Assembly: GCA_964461235.1 (NCBI GenBank)
Contig: CAYWUV010000019.1
Coordinates: forward strand, 6,271-70,270
Length of the DNA: 64,000 nucleotides
DNA from: an uncultured Bryobacterales bacterium
GTDB taxonomy: Bacteria > Acidobacteriota > Terriglobia > Bryobacterales > UBA6623
Direction: 5' to 3'
Shown here one piece after another: positions 26,882-38,445 of this stretch. Each line of letters begins with the position of its first letter. Position 1 is the stretch's first letter. The translations under genes were made by a program, and so were the position numbers. The notes beneath the pieces are model-generated. The model did not search any database and was not told where the DNA came from. It saw only the letters and a list, made by a program, of their open reading frames with translations.

Positions 26882-27396
26882 GAGGCGAGACGGTCGCACG
26901 GTCGTCATCCTGACACGGCCTTAATGGGGATTGCATCGCCTCGTGGCGAGACGCGGGCGAATTTGGTACCCGATTCGGGGCCTCGCCCGAGTCGGAGGAG
27001 TAACAGCAGCTGGAGCCGTCGAGCGGGCGGGGCTCCTGGCAACGGAACGCCCGCCGGGGCGCTGGGACCGGAGTGGGGCTGCCGTGCGCCTGCTCGCACC
27101 CGGATGGCAGCCCGGACCACGATAGGGGCAGGGGCGGTCCAGGCGAAGACGAACCAGAACTTTGTTCCCGGAGTACCTTTGCAGCAGACGGGTCTTGCGA
27201 TTCCGTCAGCCAGCAGTGGGGGGATCCATCAAGAACCACTACTGGAGACGGGTCCCGCGGTGTCCGAGGAGCAGCGTCACGGGCTGCCACGCTGGTTGCA
27301 CCATCGGAAGACGGCGCAGGAGGGGCTGGTGGGGCAGGCTCGCGTTTCCGGCCCTAAGAATCGCGCGAACAATCAGCGCCGAGGAGGGAAATCAAC

Positions 27397-27999
27397 ATGA
27401 GGGAAGATCTCGCTTACGTCAGGCTGCTCGTTTTTTCGGCCAGCGTTTGTCTGGGAAGCCCAGTGACGGCGAACGCGAACGAAATCGATCCTAGGGAGCA
27501 GGCAGCCCCCAGCGAGGTTATCGCTGTAGCCGACATCAAGAGTTGCGGCGACATCCGGTATTCGGTGGGCGTCGCCTATCTCCGCGAGAGAGCCTCTCTC
27601 GAAGGGGTGAAGGAAGTGGACGTCATGGTAAGGGTCTGGAGCGGCCTCCCGGCGGGCAGCCACGCCGTGCATCTTCACGAAACCGCAGAATGCCATCCCT
27701 GCTCGGCGGCAGGCGGCCACTTCGATCCGGGACCAAACAGCAACTCCAACCCGGACGGAAACCATCCATTCCACGCGGGCGATCTGATCAACCTCAACGT
27801 CAACGATAAGGGCCGCGGTCTGCTCGCGACAGTCACTAGCAGGGTGAGCCTGTCCGACGGGCCGCTGTCGTTGTTCGATGCGGATGGCTGTGCGTTCATC
27901 ATCCATGTCCAACCCGACTCCTATTGCCCCGAGGGAGTGGTGTCGGGCTGTGCTGGGGGTGCCCGTGCCGCTTGCGGCGTCATCGTACGCCAGCCGTAG
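27397..27999 (+). CDS. sodC: Cu/Zn superoxide dismutase family protein
   Basis: Signal peptide, then HAVHLHE...AGGHFDP...HPFHAGDLINL...DADGCAFIIH...GCAGGARAACGVI. A GGAGGG RBS lies 9 nt upstream. Confidence 0.85.
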   Translation: MREDLAYVRLLVFSASVCLGSPVTANANEIDPREQAAPSEVIAVADIKSCGDIRYSVGVAYLRERASLEGVKEVDVMVRVWSGLPAGSHAVHLHETAECHPCSAAGGHFDPGPNSNSNPDGNHPFHAGDLINLNVNDKGRGLLATVTSRVSLSDGPLSLFDADGCAFIIHVQPDSYCPEGVVSGCAGGARAACGVIVRQP

Positions 28000-28568
28000 C
28001 TCGCCGGCACACTTGCCAGCAGGGGCCGGCCGAAGTCGGTTCCGAGAGTATCCAGTCCCGGCCCCGCGATGGGAACGCCTACCTCGTCAGCAGATCCAAG
28101 GGAGTGCCGGGTAGCCTGCGCCTCATCTGATTTCATTACGAACCGCCGGAAGCGATCCTCTCCTTGGCGGCCGAGGTTGCATGAGGTCGAGATCGTTGCA
28201 GTGGCCTCCTGGGGGCCTGGCCGAGGAGTTGCCTCTGCTCCCAGACTCGTTGCGGTGTGGCCCGAGGGACACGACCATTTGCGGCGTGCTCGAGGTCGCT
28301 GGAGTCTCCGGATTCGTGGTGCCAATCGCCCGCGGCTACCGCCGGTCGAGGGCCTGTCGAGGAGACGCAACGTTCAATAGCATCTGTCGGACAAGGAGCG
28401 AGCCTCCGAGCCGGCAGTCAAGCGCATGCATCAGTTCACCAACATGCCTTCGAGTCCGGTCGAGGCCCCAATTAGGCCCTTTCGGCTGCACCTGGGTTGA
28501 GTGGGTGATGCCGTTGCTAGAGCCCTCCGGCTCTGACTGCTTGGCAACAACGCGACGGTTGTATCGTT

Positions 28569-30041
28569 TCAAGATGCCGCCTGATTCATCAATTCGATGA
28601 CTCTCGACGGCGTCGGCGCAATCCTCTGTGTTGCCAGGCTGACAACGATCATGATCCCGCTTGAGCTCAGAAGGCCAGCCAGCATGGCGTGGACGCCGGT
28701 TGCTGCTTCCAGGCCAGCCAGCTGCCATAGAAAGGCTGTCCCCGCACCTGCCAGCATCGAAGCGAGCGCCCCAGGGGTGTTGGCTCGCCGCCACCACACT
28801 GCGCAGACGTACGCGGGCAGGAAGGCGCTCCCCAGCACGGAAGTGACAAAGACCACGATCCCGAAGACGGTCGGAGGTTGGATGAGTGCGACGAGGTAGC
28901 CGACTACGCCAATCGCCAGCACCAGCAGGCGAGACACCCAGACCATCTGGCGTTCGGAAGCATTCGGGTTGATGAAGCGCTCGTAGAGATCTCGCGCCGC
29001 GATCGATCCTGTCTGCAAGAGCAGCGAGTCCGCGGTCGACATGATCGCAGCCATGATGGCGGCCATGACGATCCCTGTGGCCGCGGCTGGAAGGAGCTTC
29101 TGGGCGACCTGGAAGATCGCCAGCTCCGGGTCGGTGAGTCCGGGAACAATAACGATCGCCAAGATCCCCAGCAGGTAGGGAGCTGGAACGAACAGCAAGT
29201 TCCAACCGGTCGCATAGGCGCCCGCCAGTCGCGCTGTCGCCGGTCGCCGCATCGCCATGTGGCGGGCCACTACGTGGGGCCACCCCATGTAGCCGATGGA
29301 GAAGATGAGCACCGCGCCCAAAGCCATGCCGAATTGGCCTTGGTAGCCGAGATCCCGGCCCCAGACCGAAAGCAGGGAAGGATCCAGGCTGGCGACAGTC
29401 CGGTTGGCGGCGGACAGGCCGCCAGCCTCGATCAGCGCGGCGATGAGGATCCATAGGACGCCGACAAGCATGACAATGCTCTGAAAGAAATCGGTATAGG
29501 CCACCGCCAGATAGCCGCCCAGAAACGTATAGGCGAGGATGACGCCCACAGCCACCATGAGGGCCAGGGAATAGGGAATCCCGGTTACCAAAGCCATCCC
29601 TTTGCCGCCGGCAATGAACTGCGCCAGAACGTAGGAACCAAGCAGGAACACCGTCAGGCCGCCCGCGAATAGCCGGATGGCCGGCGAAGGATATCGCTTC
29701 TCGAGGTACTCGATCGGCGTGAGCGATGCAGTGAGTTGTGAGAGCTTGCGCATCCGCCGGCCGATTGCGGAAAAGTTGACGACGCCACCGCCTATGTCTC
29801 CGGCTGCGTACCAGAGCGCCCAATAGCCTTCTGTATAGGCGAGAGCGCCGGCACCGAGAAACATGAAGCCACTCATCGAGGTGGTCTGCAACGTCAGCGC
29901 GGTGACAAGCGGACCCAGCTTGCGTCCGCCCAGCAGATAGCCCTCGAGATTGGTGCCGGCTCCCTTGCGGGTTGCCCAGAAGCCAACACCCAATACGATC
30001 CCGTAATAGAGAACGAGGGAGGTAACGATCGTTGGGTTCAC
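28569..30041 (-). CDS. Sodium:solute symporter (SSS family)
   Basis: Multi-TM protein with GYLLGGRKLGPLVTALTLQTTSMSGFMFLGAGALAY. The likely GTG start at 30041 overlaps the stop of the upstream small ORF (GTGA). Confidence 0.9.
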   Translation of the reverse strand: MNPTIVTSLVLYYGIVLGVGFWATRKGAGTNLEGYLLGGRKLGPLVTALTLQTTSMSGFMFLGAGALAYTEGYWALWYAAGDIGGGVVNFSAIGRRMRKLSQLTASLTPIEYLEKRYPSPAIRLFAGGLTVFLLGSYVLAQFIAGGKGMALVTGIPYSLALMVAVGVILAYTFLGGYLAVAYTDFFQSIVMLVGVLWILIAALIEAGGLSAANRTVASLDPSLLSVWGRDLGYQGQFGMALGAVLIFSIGYMGWPHVVARHMAMRRPATARLAGAYATGWNLLFVPAPYLLGILAIVIVPGLTDPELAIFQVAQKLLPAAATGIVMAAIMAAIMSTADSLLLQTGSIAARDLYERFINPNASERQMVWVSRLLVLAIGVVGYLVALIQPPTVFGIVVFVTSVLGSAFLPAYVCAVWWRRANTPGALASMLAGAGTAFLWQLAGLEAATGVHAMLAGLLSSSGIMIVVSLATQRIAPTPSRVIELMNQAAS

Positions 30042-30172
30042 GGACCGTCCTCTGGTCCGTCCGTCTCCTGACTCCACTTTCGCGTCGCCAGAAGAAAGAT
30101 CACGGTGTAGGCCACCCAGAAGAGGGGGAAGCCGAGAAGCAGAAGGGCGGTCCCCAGGGGAAGCTCAAACAT
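30038..30172 (-). CDS. 44-aa single-TM protein, possible symporter accessory subunit
   Basis: Not in the ORF track because it is shorter than 60 aa. ATG at 30172; product MFELPLGTALLLLGFPLFWVAYTVIFLLATRKWSQETDGPEDGP. Its TGA overlaps the symporter GTG. Small membrane ORFs upstream of SSS genes are a known arrangement (YhdT/DUF3311-type). Confidence 0.5.
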   Translation of the reverse strand: MFELPLGTALLLLGFPLFWVAYTVIFLLATRKWSQETDGPEDGP

Positions 30173-30225
30173 CGCTTCGAATCAGGTCCGAACCGGCTTG
30201 GCGGGTCGGTTCCCTGCTAGCGCCG

Positions 30226-31485
30226 TCATTGGGCCATGGCGGAGCGATCGACCTCTTCGCCGTTCAGGTAGATGCTCGCGATTTGGCGTGTATTGGTGAT
30301 GTCGTCTAGCAGATTCGCAGCAAGCACCAGGAAGTCCGCTCGCTTTCCGACCTCGATAGTACCGCCGTCGGCGAGCCCCAGCAGACCCGCGGAGTTTCGG
30401 GTGGCGGCGACGATGACCTGGGCCGGCGTCATTCCCGCGGCCACCATGTCTTCCATCTCAACATGCGGCGCCCATGGCGTATTTCCGTCGGTCCCCAGCG
30501 CGATGGTGACGCCTTCGGCGCTCAGTCTCGCGAGGTTTCTCGCCTGAATCCCAAAGGTCGCTTGCGCATCGGGGTCATCGACGGCCGCTGCTTGCAACTC
30601 ATCCAATTCGTCGGACGCAAGGGAGCCGCCTAGCCAGCTCAGGTCCGTCGCCACTCCGCGATTGGGTAGGTTGGGAACCAACACGACGCCAGGACGCTCC
30701 TTGAACAGTTCGACCACCTCGTCGTCGACATCCGTGTCTCGCACTCCGTGGGCAAAAGCGTCGATCCCTGCGCGCAAGAGCCCCTTTGTGTCCTCGAGGG
30801 CAAAAATGTGGGCCGTGACGGGAATGCCGTGCTCGTGGGCCTCTTCGATGATTGCCCCGTATAGCTCGGGCGAGAGCTTCGTGAACTGTCCGCCGCGATC
30901 ATCGACCCAGATCTTGAGGATGTCGACCTCTCTGGCCGCCTCCTCCCGGACGGCCTCGCGGGCTTCGTCCTCGGTAGTCACCCAGTGGGGAATCTCCGTG
31001 CGCCCGGGTTCGGGCGAAGTGATTCCCACGCCGGCTGAGCGAAACCGCGCCGCACCGGGAATCTCTTCCTGTCGGATCGACAGGTCGCGCGTATCCCGCC
31101 CAAGGCTCATCGCGGCGCTCACCCCGTACCGTGCCCTGGCCCGCAGGTCTTCTACAAGGGCGTCGCGGTCCTGATTGAGATGAGTGTGAGTGTCGATGAC
31201 GGTAGGCATTACTGTCATCCCGGCCAGATCCACGTGTTTCGCGCCAGCTGGTGCCTCTAGCTCCGCGGAAGGGCCGACTTGGACGAACCGGCCACCATCG
31301 ACGACGAAGGCGGCATTCTCGACGGGGTCGCTGCCATCTCCAACGATCAGCCGCGCGCCCTCGAACACGACAGCACTGGTCGCCGGTGCCGGAGGTGACT
31401 CGCATCCGGAACCAGCAAGCAGGCTCACCAACAGAAACAGGCTCGTTACGCCCATAAACCGGGTTCTCGACCTCATCTCTTGCAT
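30226..31485 (-). CDS. Amidohydrolase family protein (secreted/lipoprotein-like)
   Basis: The signal peptide ends in ...LLAGSGC. Then MPTVIDTHTHLN (HxH metal motif), ...HIFALED..., and ...GKRADFLVLAANLLDDI. ATG 31485 is preceded by GGAGGGAGA. Confidence 0.87.
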   Translation of the reverse strand: MQEMRSRTRFMGVTSLFLLVSLLAGSGCESPPAPATSAVVFEGARLIVGDGSDPVENAAFVVDGGRFVQVGPSAELEAPAGAKHVDLAGMTVMPTVIDTHTHLNQDRDALVEDLRARARYGVSAAMSLGRDTRDLSIRQEEIPGAARFRSAGVGITSPEPGRTEIPHWVTTEDEAREAVREEAAREVDILKIWVDDRGGQFTKLSPELYGAIIEEAHEHGIPVTAHIFALEDTKGLLRAGIDAFAHGVRDTDVDDEVVELFKERPGVVLVPNLPNRGVATDLSWLGGSLASDELDELQAAAVDDPDAQATFGIQARNLARLSAEGVTIALGTDGNTPWAPHVEMEDMVAAGMTPAQVIVAATRNSAGLLGLADGGTIEVGKRADFLVLAANLLDDITNTRQIASIYLNGEEVDRSAMAQ

Positions 31486-31504
31486 CTCGTCTCCCTCCAT
31501 CGAT

Positions 31505-33229
31505 TCAAACCTTGGAATGAACCGGCTCTCCCCCCACGAAGGTCCGCACAACCTCGATTCCTTTGATGCGGTCCGGTTCAACCTCATGCGGGTCTTCGGC
31601 CAAGACCACGAAGTCCGCCAACTTGCCGGCCCCGATCGATCCCTTCTCGTTTTCTTCGAACGATGCGTACGCTCCGTTGACCGTGCAGACCCGCAAGGCC
31701 TCGTCAACGCTGATGCGCTGGTTGGGGCCCCACTCGCGGCCTTGGAAGTCCTTGCGAGTTACCATGCTCTGGATTGCCATCATCGGCTCGTACGGCCCCG
31801 GAGTATAGTCAGAAGCGCCGGCAACAGGGATGTCATAGTCGAGAAACGAACGGTGCGCGAACATCGAGCGCATCTTCTCCTCGCCATAGTCGACCCACTT
31901 GTTGCCGTGGTAGTGAACGTAAGTGTAGAACGGCGTCGGAATCACGCCTAGGTCCTTGATACGCCGGAGCAGGACCGGGTTGACCAGTGAGCAGTGCTCG
32001 ATTCGATTGCGGGGGTCGCGTCTCGAGGACCGTTGCTGAATGCTCTCGTAGGCGTTCAGAACCATGTCGATAGTCACGTCGCCGTTGGCGTGAACGCCTA
32101 TCTGGAAGCCATGGCGGTCCGCGTCTTCCACGGCCTCGTGGATCTCTTCTTGCGACATGGTCAGTATCCCGTAGTCGTTTGGACGGTCCTCGAACGGAGT
32201 GCTCATCCGCATAGTGCGCTCCGACGCCGAGCCGTCGGCGACATACTTGACAGCCCCGATACGCAGGCGGTCGTCACCAAAACCGGTTGAGATGCCGGCT
32301 TCCTTGAGGCCGCGGAACAGTCCGCTGCCGCCGGACGGAAACAGATACATGCGGAAACGGAGGTCTCCAGCAGCGTAGGCGTCTTGGTAAGCGATCAAGG
32401 CCTGTGTTCCGCCACCGGTCTGGTGCACGGAGGTAAGCCCGGCCGCCGTCATCAGTTCGGAAATCAGCTTCACTCCGGCTTGACGTTGCTCTCGCGTGCT
32501 GTCCGAGGGAATCAGCCTTCGGAGTCGGGCTCTCGCGTGCTCGGCAACGAGTCCCGTCAGCTCGCCGTCTCCGCGATAGAATCTGCCACCGCGTGGATCG
32601 GGGGTCTGCGCGGTGATTCCGGCCAGTCGGAACGCCCGGCTGTTGTAGACCGCTGTATGGCCTCCGCGGTGGCGAACCTCGACGGGGTGGTCCGGGGCGA
32701 TCTCGTCGAGGTCCTGGCGGTTGATCGGGCGCCCCTCGTCGAGCTTCGTGTCGTCGTACTTGAACCCGACCACCCACTCTCCCGGTGGCGTGACCGTGAC
32801 TCGCTCGCGTAGCGCCGCCTGAATCGCCTTGATGCTTCGGAGGTCGACGTTCACCAGGAGAAGCTCGTCGACGCCAGCCCCAGAAGGGTGAGAGTGAGCA
32901 TCGATGAACCCCGGCGTGACGGTCATCCCCTCGGCGTCGATCAGGGTGGTATCGGAGCCCGACAAGCCACGGATATCTTCATTCCGCCCAACCGCGGCGA
33001 ATCGCGATCCCTTGACGGCGAACGCTTCGGCGCGAGGTCGGGTCTCGTCGACCGTGAAGACGCGCGCATTGTGCACCACAAGGTCGGGCGCGGCAGCGGC
33101 CCCGTCCATCGACTCGAGTGAGTTCCGAGCGCATCCCTGACTGGAAACAGCGCCCACCCATCCGGCGGCTTGGAGTAGTTCTCTCCGCGTGTGACCGAGA
33201 CGCGGCATCCTTGCCAAAGGCCCGGGCAT
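31505..33229 (-). CDS. Amidohydrolase_3 family metal-dependent hydrolase (Tat signal)
   Basis: TRRELLQAAGWVGAVS, then GFIDAHSHP, ...VHANGD..., ...IEHCSL..., and GSIGAGKLADFVVL. The start is ambiguous (33289/33229/33208). Confidence 0.87.
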   Translation of the reverse strand: MPGPLARMPRLGHTRRELLQAAGWVGAVSSQGCARNSLESMDGAAAAPDLVVHNARVFTVDETRPRAEAFAVKGSRFAAVGRNEDIRGLSGSDTTLIDAEGMTVTPGFIDAHSHPSGAGVDELLLVNVDLRSIKAIQAALRERVTVTPPGEWVVGFKYDDTKLDEGRPINRQDLDEIAPDHPVEVRHRGGHTAVYNSRAFRLAGITAQTPDPRGGRFYRGDGELTGLVAEHARARLRRLIPSDSTREQRQAGVKLISELMTAAGLTSVHQTGGGTQALIAYQDAYAAGDLRFRMYLFPSGGSGLFRGLKEAGISTGFGDDRLRIGAVKYVADGSASERTMRMSTPFEDRPNDYGILTMSQEEIHEAVEDADRHGFQIGVHANGDVTIDMVLNAYESIQQRSSRRDPRNRIEHCSLVNPVLLRRIKDLGVIPTPFYTYVHYHGNKWVDYGEEKMRSMFAHRSFLDYDIPVAGASDYTPGPYEPMMAIQSMVTRKDFQGREWGPNQRISVDEALRVCTVNGAYASFEENEKGSIGAGKLADFVVLAEDPHEVEPDRIKGIEVVRTFVGGEPVHSKV

Positions 33230-33351
33230 TCGATCGAGAAGCCGGACCTGAAGCGATCCGCAGTTCCCGTCCCAGTACTCTGCCCGCACTGAGTATACGC
33301 TCGCTCCACGCCCTCGAACAATCGACTGCTCGGAGCGGAGAGCCGCTCGGA

Positions 33352-33426
33352 CCCGAGCAGGCCACCTCTGTCGGTGAGAAGCCCGAGCAGGCCACCTCTG
33401 TCGGTGAGAAGCCCGAGCACGCCACC
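33352..33426. repeat. 30-bp intergenic tandem repeat, 2.5 copies
   Basis: CCCGAGCAGGCCACCTCTGTCGGTGAGAAG occurs at 33352-33381 and is repeated exactly at 33382-33411. A partial third copy (CCCGAGCACGCCACC) follows at 33412-33426. Confidence 0.88.
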
Positions 33427-33566
33427 GCGGCTAGCAAGCCTGGGGGCATTGGCTGGCCGAGGAATTGGGTGCCGCGCGATGAGCGGGCCGACTGTCATCC
33501 CGACCCCGACGGATGCCGAGTATCGAATTGGACTCCCGCGGGCTGCCGCCAAGCCCTCTGCCGGTC

Positions 33567-36002
33567 TCAGTCGGGCCAGTTGTTGAATTGGCGAACTGGC
33601 GTCCTGCTGAAGAAGACCCGGCCGCAGAAGTCGAACAGCGCCAGCCAATCCTCCTTCAGCTGTCCGTGCCCTCCCGGACGCCAATGAACGGCTTGATTCT
33701 CGGGCACGCCCAATAACTCGAAGACCGTCTGGGCGGCCTCGAACGTCTTGCGCGTACCGACACGATTCGCCAGCCCGTCGTGAGCCCCCTGGGTGTTCAG
33801 CAACGGTCGGGGTGCGATCAGTGCCTTGGCCGTGTGGCTGCCGAAGGGCAGCCGGTCTTCGTGACCAATGAACTCTCCCAGACGCGACGTAAACCAGTGA
33901 GGATGCAGCGAGGTCATGTCCTCGATGTCCTGGCGCCGGCCTTCCGGCGTGAAGAAGCGCCAGCTTCCCGTGCCCCCCGAACCCGACGCCGAAGGCGCGC
34001 TGACGGCGATCCGCTCGTCGTATATGGCGGCGCACAGGGCGGTCTTGCCTCCTCGACTGTGGCCAGTTCCCACGATTCGCTCGGTGTCTACCCAGTCTTG
34101 CTTCGCGAGATAGTCGATCAGCGGCTGATAGAACCACGCCCAAGCCGCGATCGTCCCCCAGTCGTACTCGGGCTCGGGGTACAGGGGAAACACTCCGCTC
34201 AGGCGATTGTCGACGCGGTCCGCCGCCACATCCTCGCGATTGAACTTGACCACGGCGTAACCACGTTCGACCGCCTCCTGGAAGACCCAGCCGTCGAGCT
34301 GGCCGCGGCCCTCCTCGCGGTATTGCCTCTGTTTCCGAAGATCTTCGATCTCGGCCAGGTCGAGAGTGAAGGGGTCGTTCTTCACAATCACCGGAACGCG
34401 GCCCGTACGGGCCGGACGCACTATGCCGACCCGCACGCTGACTGAGTGCCCGTTGCGGGTCAGCTTGAGTCGGAATCGTTCCCGCCAGGCTTTTCCTTCT
34501 TGCGCGGACCGCCGGTCAAAGTCGACAATCTCAACCTCATCAGGCTTGGGAGGCATCCGCCCGTACTGGTAGTAGGCCATCATCTCCTTCAAGCGACTGC
34601 GCCCCTCGATCCAACGTTCGGCGGAGCCGTCGGCGGCGAGCTCGACAAGCCCCTGGTTTCGGCGGAGCGCGGCCGGCGGGAGAAATGGTTCGACCCACGC
34701 CCCGTTCAGCATCACGCGGGAGACACTTCGCAACGCGGAGATGTCTGAGATCGGGTCTCCGTTCACCAAGACCAGGTCCGCCACCTTGCCCGCCTCTACG
34801 GTCCCGAGTCGATCCTGGGCCCCGAAGAAACGCGCGGCTACGCCTGTTGCCGTGGACAGGGCGTCGGCAGGCGACAGACCCGCGTCAACCAGTAACTCCA
34901 GCTCGCGCCAGATCGCCTCGGGGGTAGGACCGTGCGAGGACGCAACGATCGGCACGCCGGCGCGCGCCGCGATCGCAGTGAACTGCTTCATCTTGGCGAA
35001 GCCAGCGAGCTTTTCTTCGGTGACGCCCTCGTTCCCCGGCTGAACCTCGAAAGGTCGCAGTGTGGGCGTCAGGAATACGCCGTGCTCGAGCATCAGCCGG
35101 ATCAACGTGTCAACCTTCGGGTTGTCGTCGAATCCGAGCCGGCTCCACAGCCAGTAGCGGCCGTCTCGCCGGAACGCGTTGTCGGCACGCACGCCTCGCT
35201 CGAACTCCACCGCGTCGGCTTCGTCCGCCAAGGCCGTGCCCAGCGATGTCACGTGCTCGATGCCATCGAGGCCGGCGCGGATGGCAGCATCGGCGCGCAC
35301 CAACTCAAGATGCGCTGTCACCGGAATTCCCAGATTGTCCGCTTCTTCGCAGACGACTCGAATCAGTTCCAGCGGAAGCCGGAAGTAAACCTTGATCGCC
35401 GAGGCTCCGTCAGCGTGAAGCTTCCGGACAAGCCCGCGAGCCTCCGACGTTGTTCGGAGATTGACGGCGTTTCGCGGATACGCGTGCGGCTCCTGGTCAA
35501 AGTGGGGCCCCGTCAGGAACGCCCTTGGCATGGGTCTCGCCGGATCAAGTAGCTGCTCGTAGGCCGGGATCGGTCGGCCGGGATCCCGGAACGAGGTGAA
35601 TCCCGCAGTCAGCAAACCTGTCACCCGTTCGGGACGGCTGGTGTGAAAATGCGCGTCCAGCATGCCCGGCAGCAGGAATTGCCCCGACGCGTCAATGCGG
35701 TCCGCCTCGGCGGGGATTCCCACGTCGCGCCGCTCACCCACAGCGGCGATGGCCCCCGCCGTTACGACCACCGTGGAATCGGGAAGTGGACGCCCGCCCT
35801 GGCCGTCGAGCAGGGTCGCACCTACGATGGCAACCACGTCGGACGCATCCGTCTGCGCCGGGGGATTCACTTCCCGCAGTCCGGACCAAGTCGGGTCGGC
35901 CGCAGCCGCGAACTGCAGTGCCAGCAGGGATCCAAGGACGAGCCGCAAGACGTCAGTATACGCGTACAGATGGGGGCCTGAAATCCCCTCCAAGAGGGGC
36001 AA
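33567..36002 (-). CDS. Fusion protein: N-terminal amidohydrolase + C-terminal CE15-like (glucuronoyl esterase-type) alpha/beta hydrolase
   Basis: aa 1-440: signal peptide, GMLDAHFH, GIEHVTSL, and GKVADLVLVNGDPISDI. aa ~450-811: ...GTGHSRGGKTALCAAIYDERIAV... (compare the CE15 motif G-C-S-R-x-G-K), HPHWF, LPFGSHTAKALIAPRPLL, and WRPGGHG. Non-ATG start (TTG), exact position uncertain. Confidence 0.82.
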   Translation of the reverse strand: MPLLEGISGPHLYAYTDVLRLVLGSLLALQFAAAADPTWSGLREVNPPAQTDASDVVAIVGATLLDGQGGRPLPDSTVVVTAGAIAAVGERRDVGIPAEADRIDASGQFLLPGMLDAHFHTSRPERVTGLLTAGFTSFRDPGRPIPAYEQLLDPARPMPRAFLTGPHFDQEPHAYPRNAVNLRTTSEARGLVRKLHADGASAIKVYFRLPLELIRVVCEEADNLGIPVTAHLELVRADAAIRAGLDGIEHVTSLGTALADEADAVEFERGVRADNAFRRDGRYWLWSRLGFDDNPKVDTLIRLMLEHGVFLTPTLRPFEVQPGNEGVTEEKLAGFAKMKQFTAIAARAGVPIVASSHGPTPEAIWRELELLVDAGLSPADALSTATGVAARFFGAQDRLGTVEAGKVADLVLVNGDPISDISALRSVSRVMLNGAWVEPFLPPAALRRNQGLVELAADGSAERWIEGRSRLKEMMAYYQYGRMPPKPDEVEIVDFDRRSAQEGKAWRERFRLKLTRNGHSVSVRVGIVRPARTGRVPVIVKNDPFTLDLAEIEDLRKQRQYREEGRGQLDGWVFQEAVERGYAVVKFNREDVAADRVDNRLSGVFPLYPEPEYDWGTIAAWAWFYQPLIDYLAKQDWVDTERIVGTGHSRGGKTALCAAIYDERIAVSAPSASGSGGTGSWRFFTPEGRRQDIEDMTSLHPHWFTSRLGEFIGHEDRLPFGSHTAKALIAPRPLLNTQGAHDGLANRVGTRKTFEAAQTVFELLGVPENQAVHWRPGGHGQLKEDWLALFDFCGRVFFSRTPVRQFNNWPD

Positions 36003-36537
36003 GCGACACCTGGCGATCGGTCGAAATCGATCCTGACCTCAGGTTTGCGAACAACGGCCGAGGATGCCGGATTCGGAGCAGCAGGGCCCGATCAAGTGCG
36101 AATCGTGGATTCTGCGGAGCGGACGCGTTCGCGAATGCACGCGGCCAAATGGGCGGTACCCACAGCCGGACACCACGATCGGTGAATAGAGGGTGCAGCC
36201 CAGCACCACCCGTACGCCGCCTCGCATGACAATATCCGTGGACACTATGCGACAGGAACGTCACACTGTCTGAAACGGGAAACCGACGAGTGACGGCGAT
36301 AGGCACGACGGTCGCCTGCAGGATTGCTTCCCGATTCTTCGAGCAGGGAATCTCACGTTAGGGCACAGTACCGGATGGGACCGGCCGTTCAAGGCCGAAT
36401 CGCACGCCGCCACTACCGCTGTCAGGTCGAGGGCATCCGGCAAGGCGGTCACCCTGAAAGCCTCCGCGCGGGCATCCGCGTTCCCGTTTGCCGGGCAAAC
36501 CGTGTACCAGCCGGCGCAAGCTTGGGTGGCTGTAGGT

Positions 36538-38437
<1,900 letters not shown>

Positions 38438-38445
<8 letters not shown>

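Noticed and set aside
26882-27396. 0.5-kb GC-rich gap upstream of sodC, with ORFs 26924-27400, 27073-27357 and 26517-27290
   Set aside because: All translations are Arg/Gly/Pro-rich with no motifs or export signals and the ORFs overlap one another, so this is treated as non-coding spacer.
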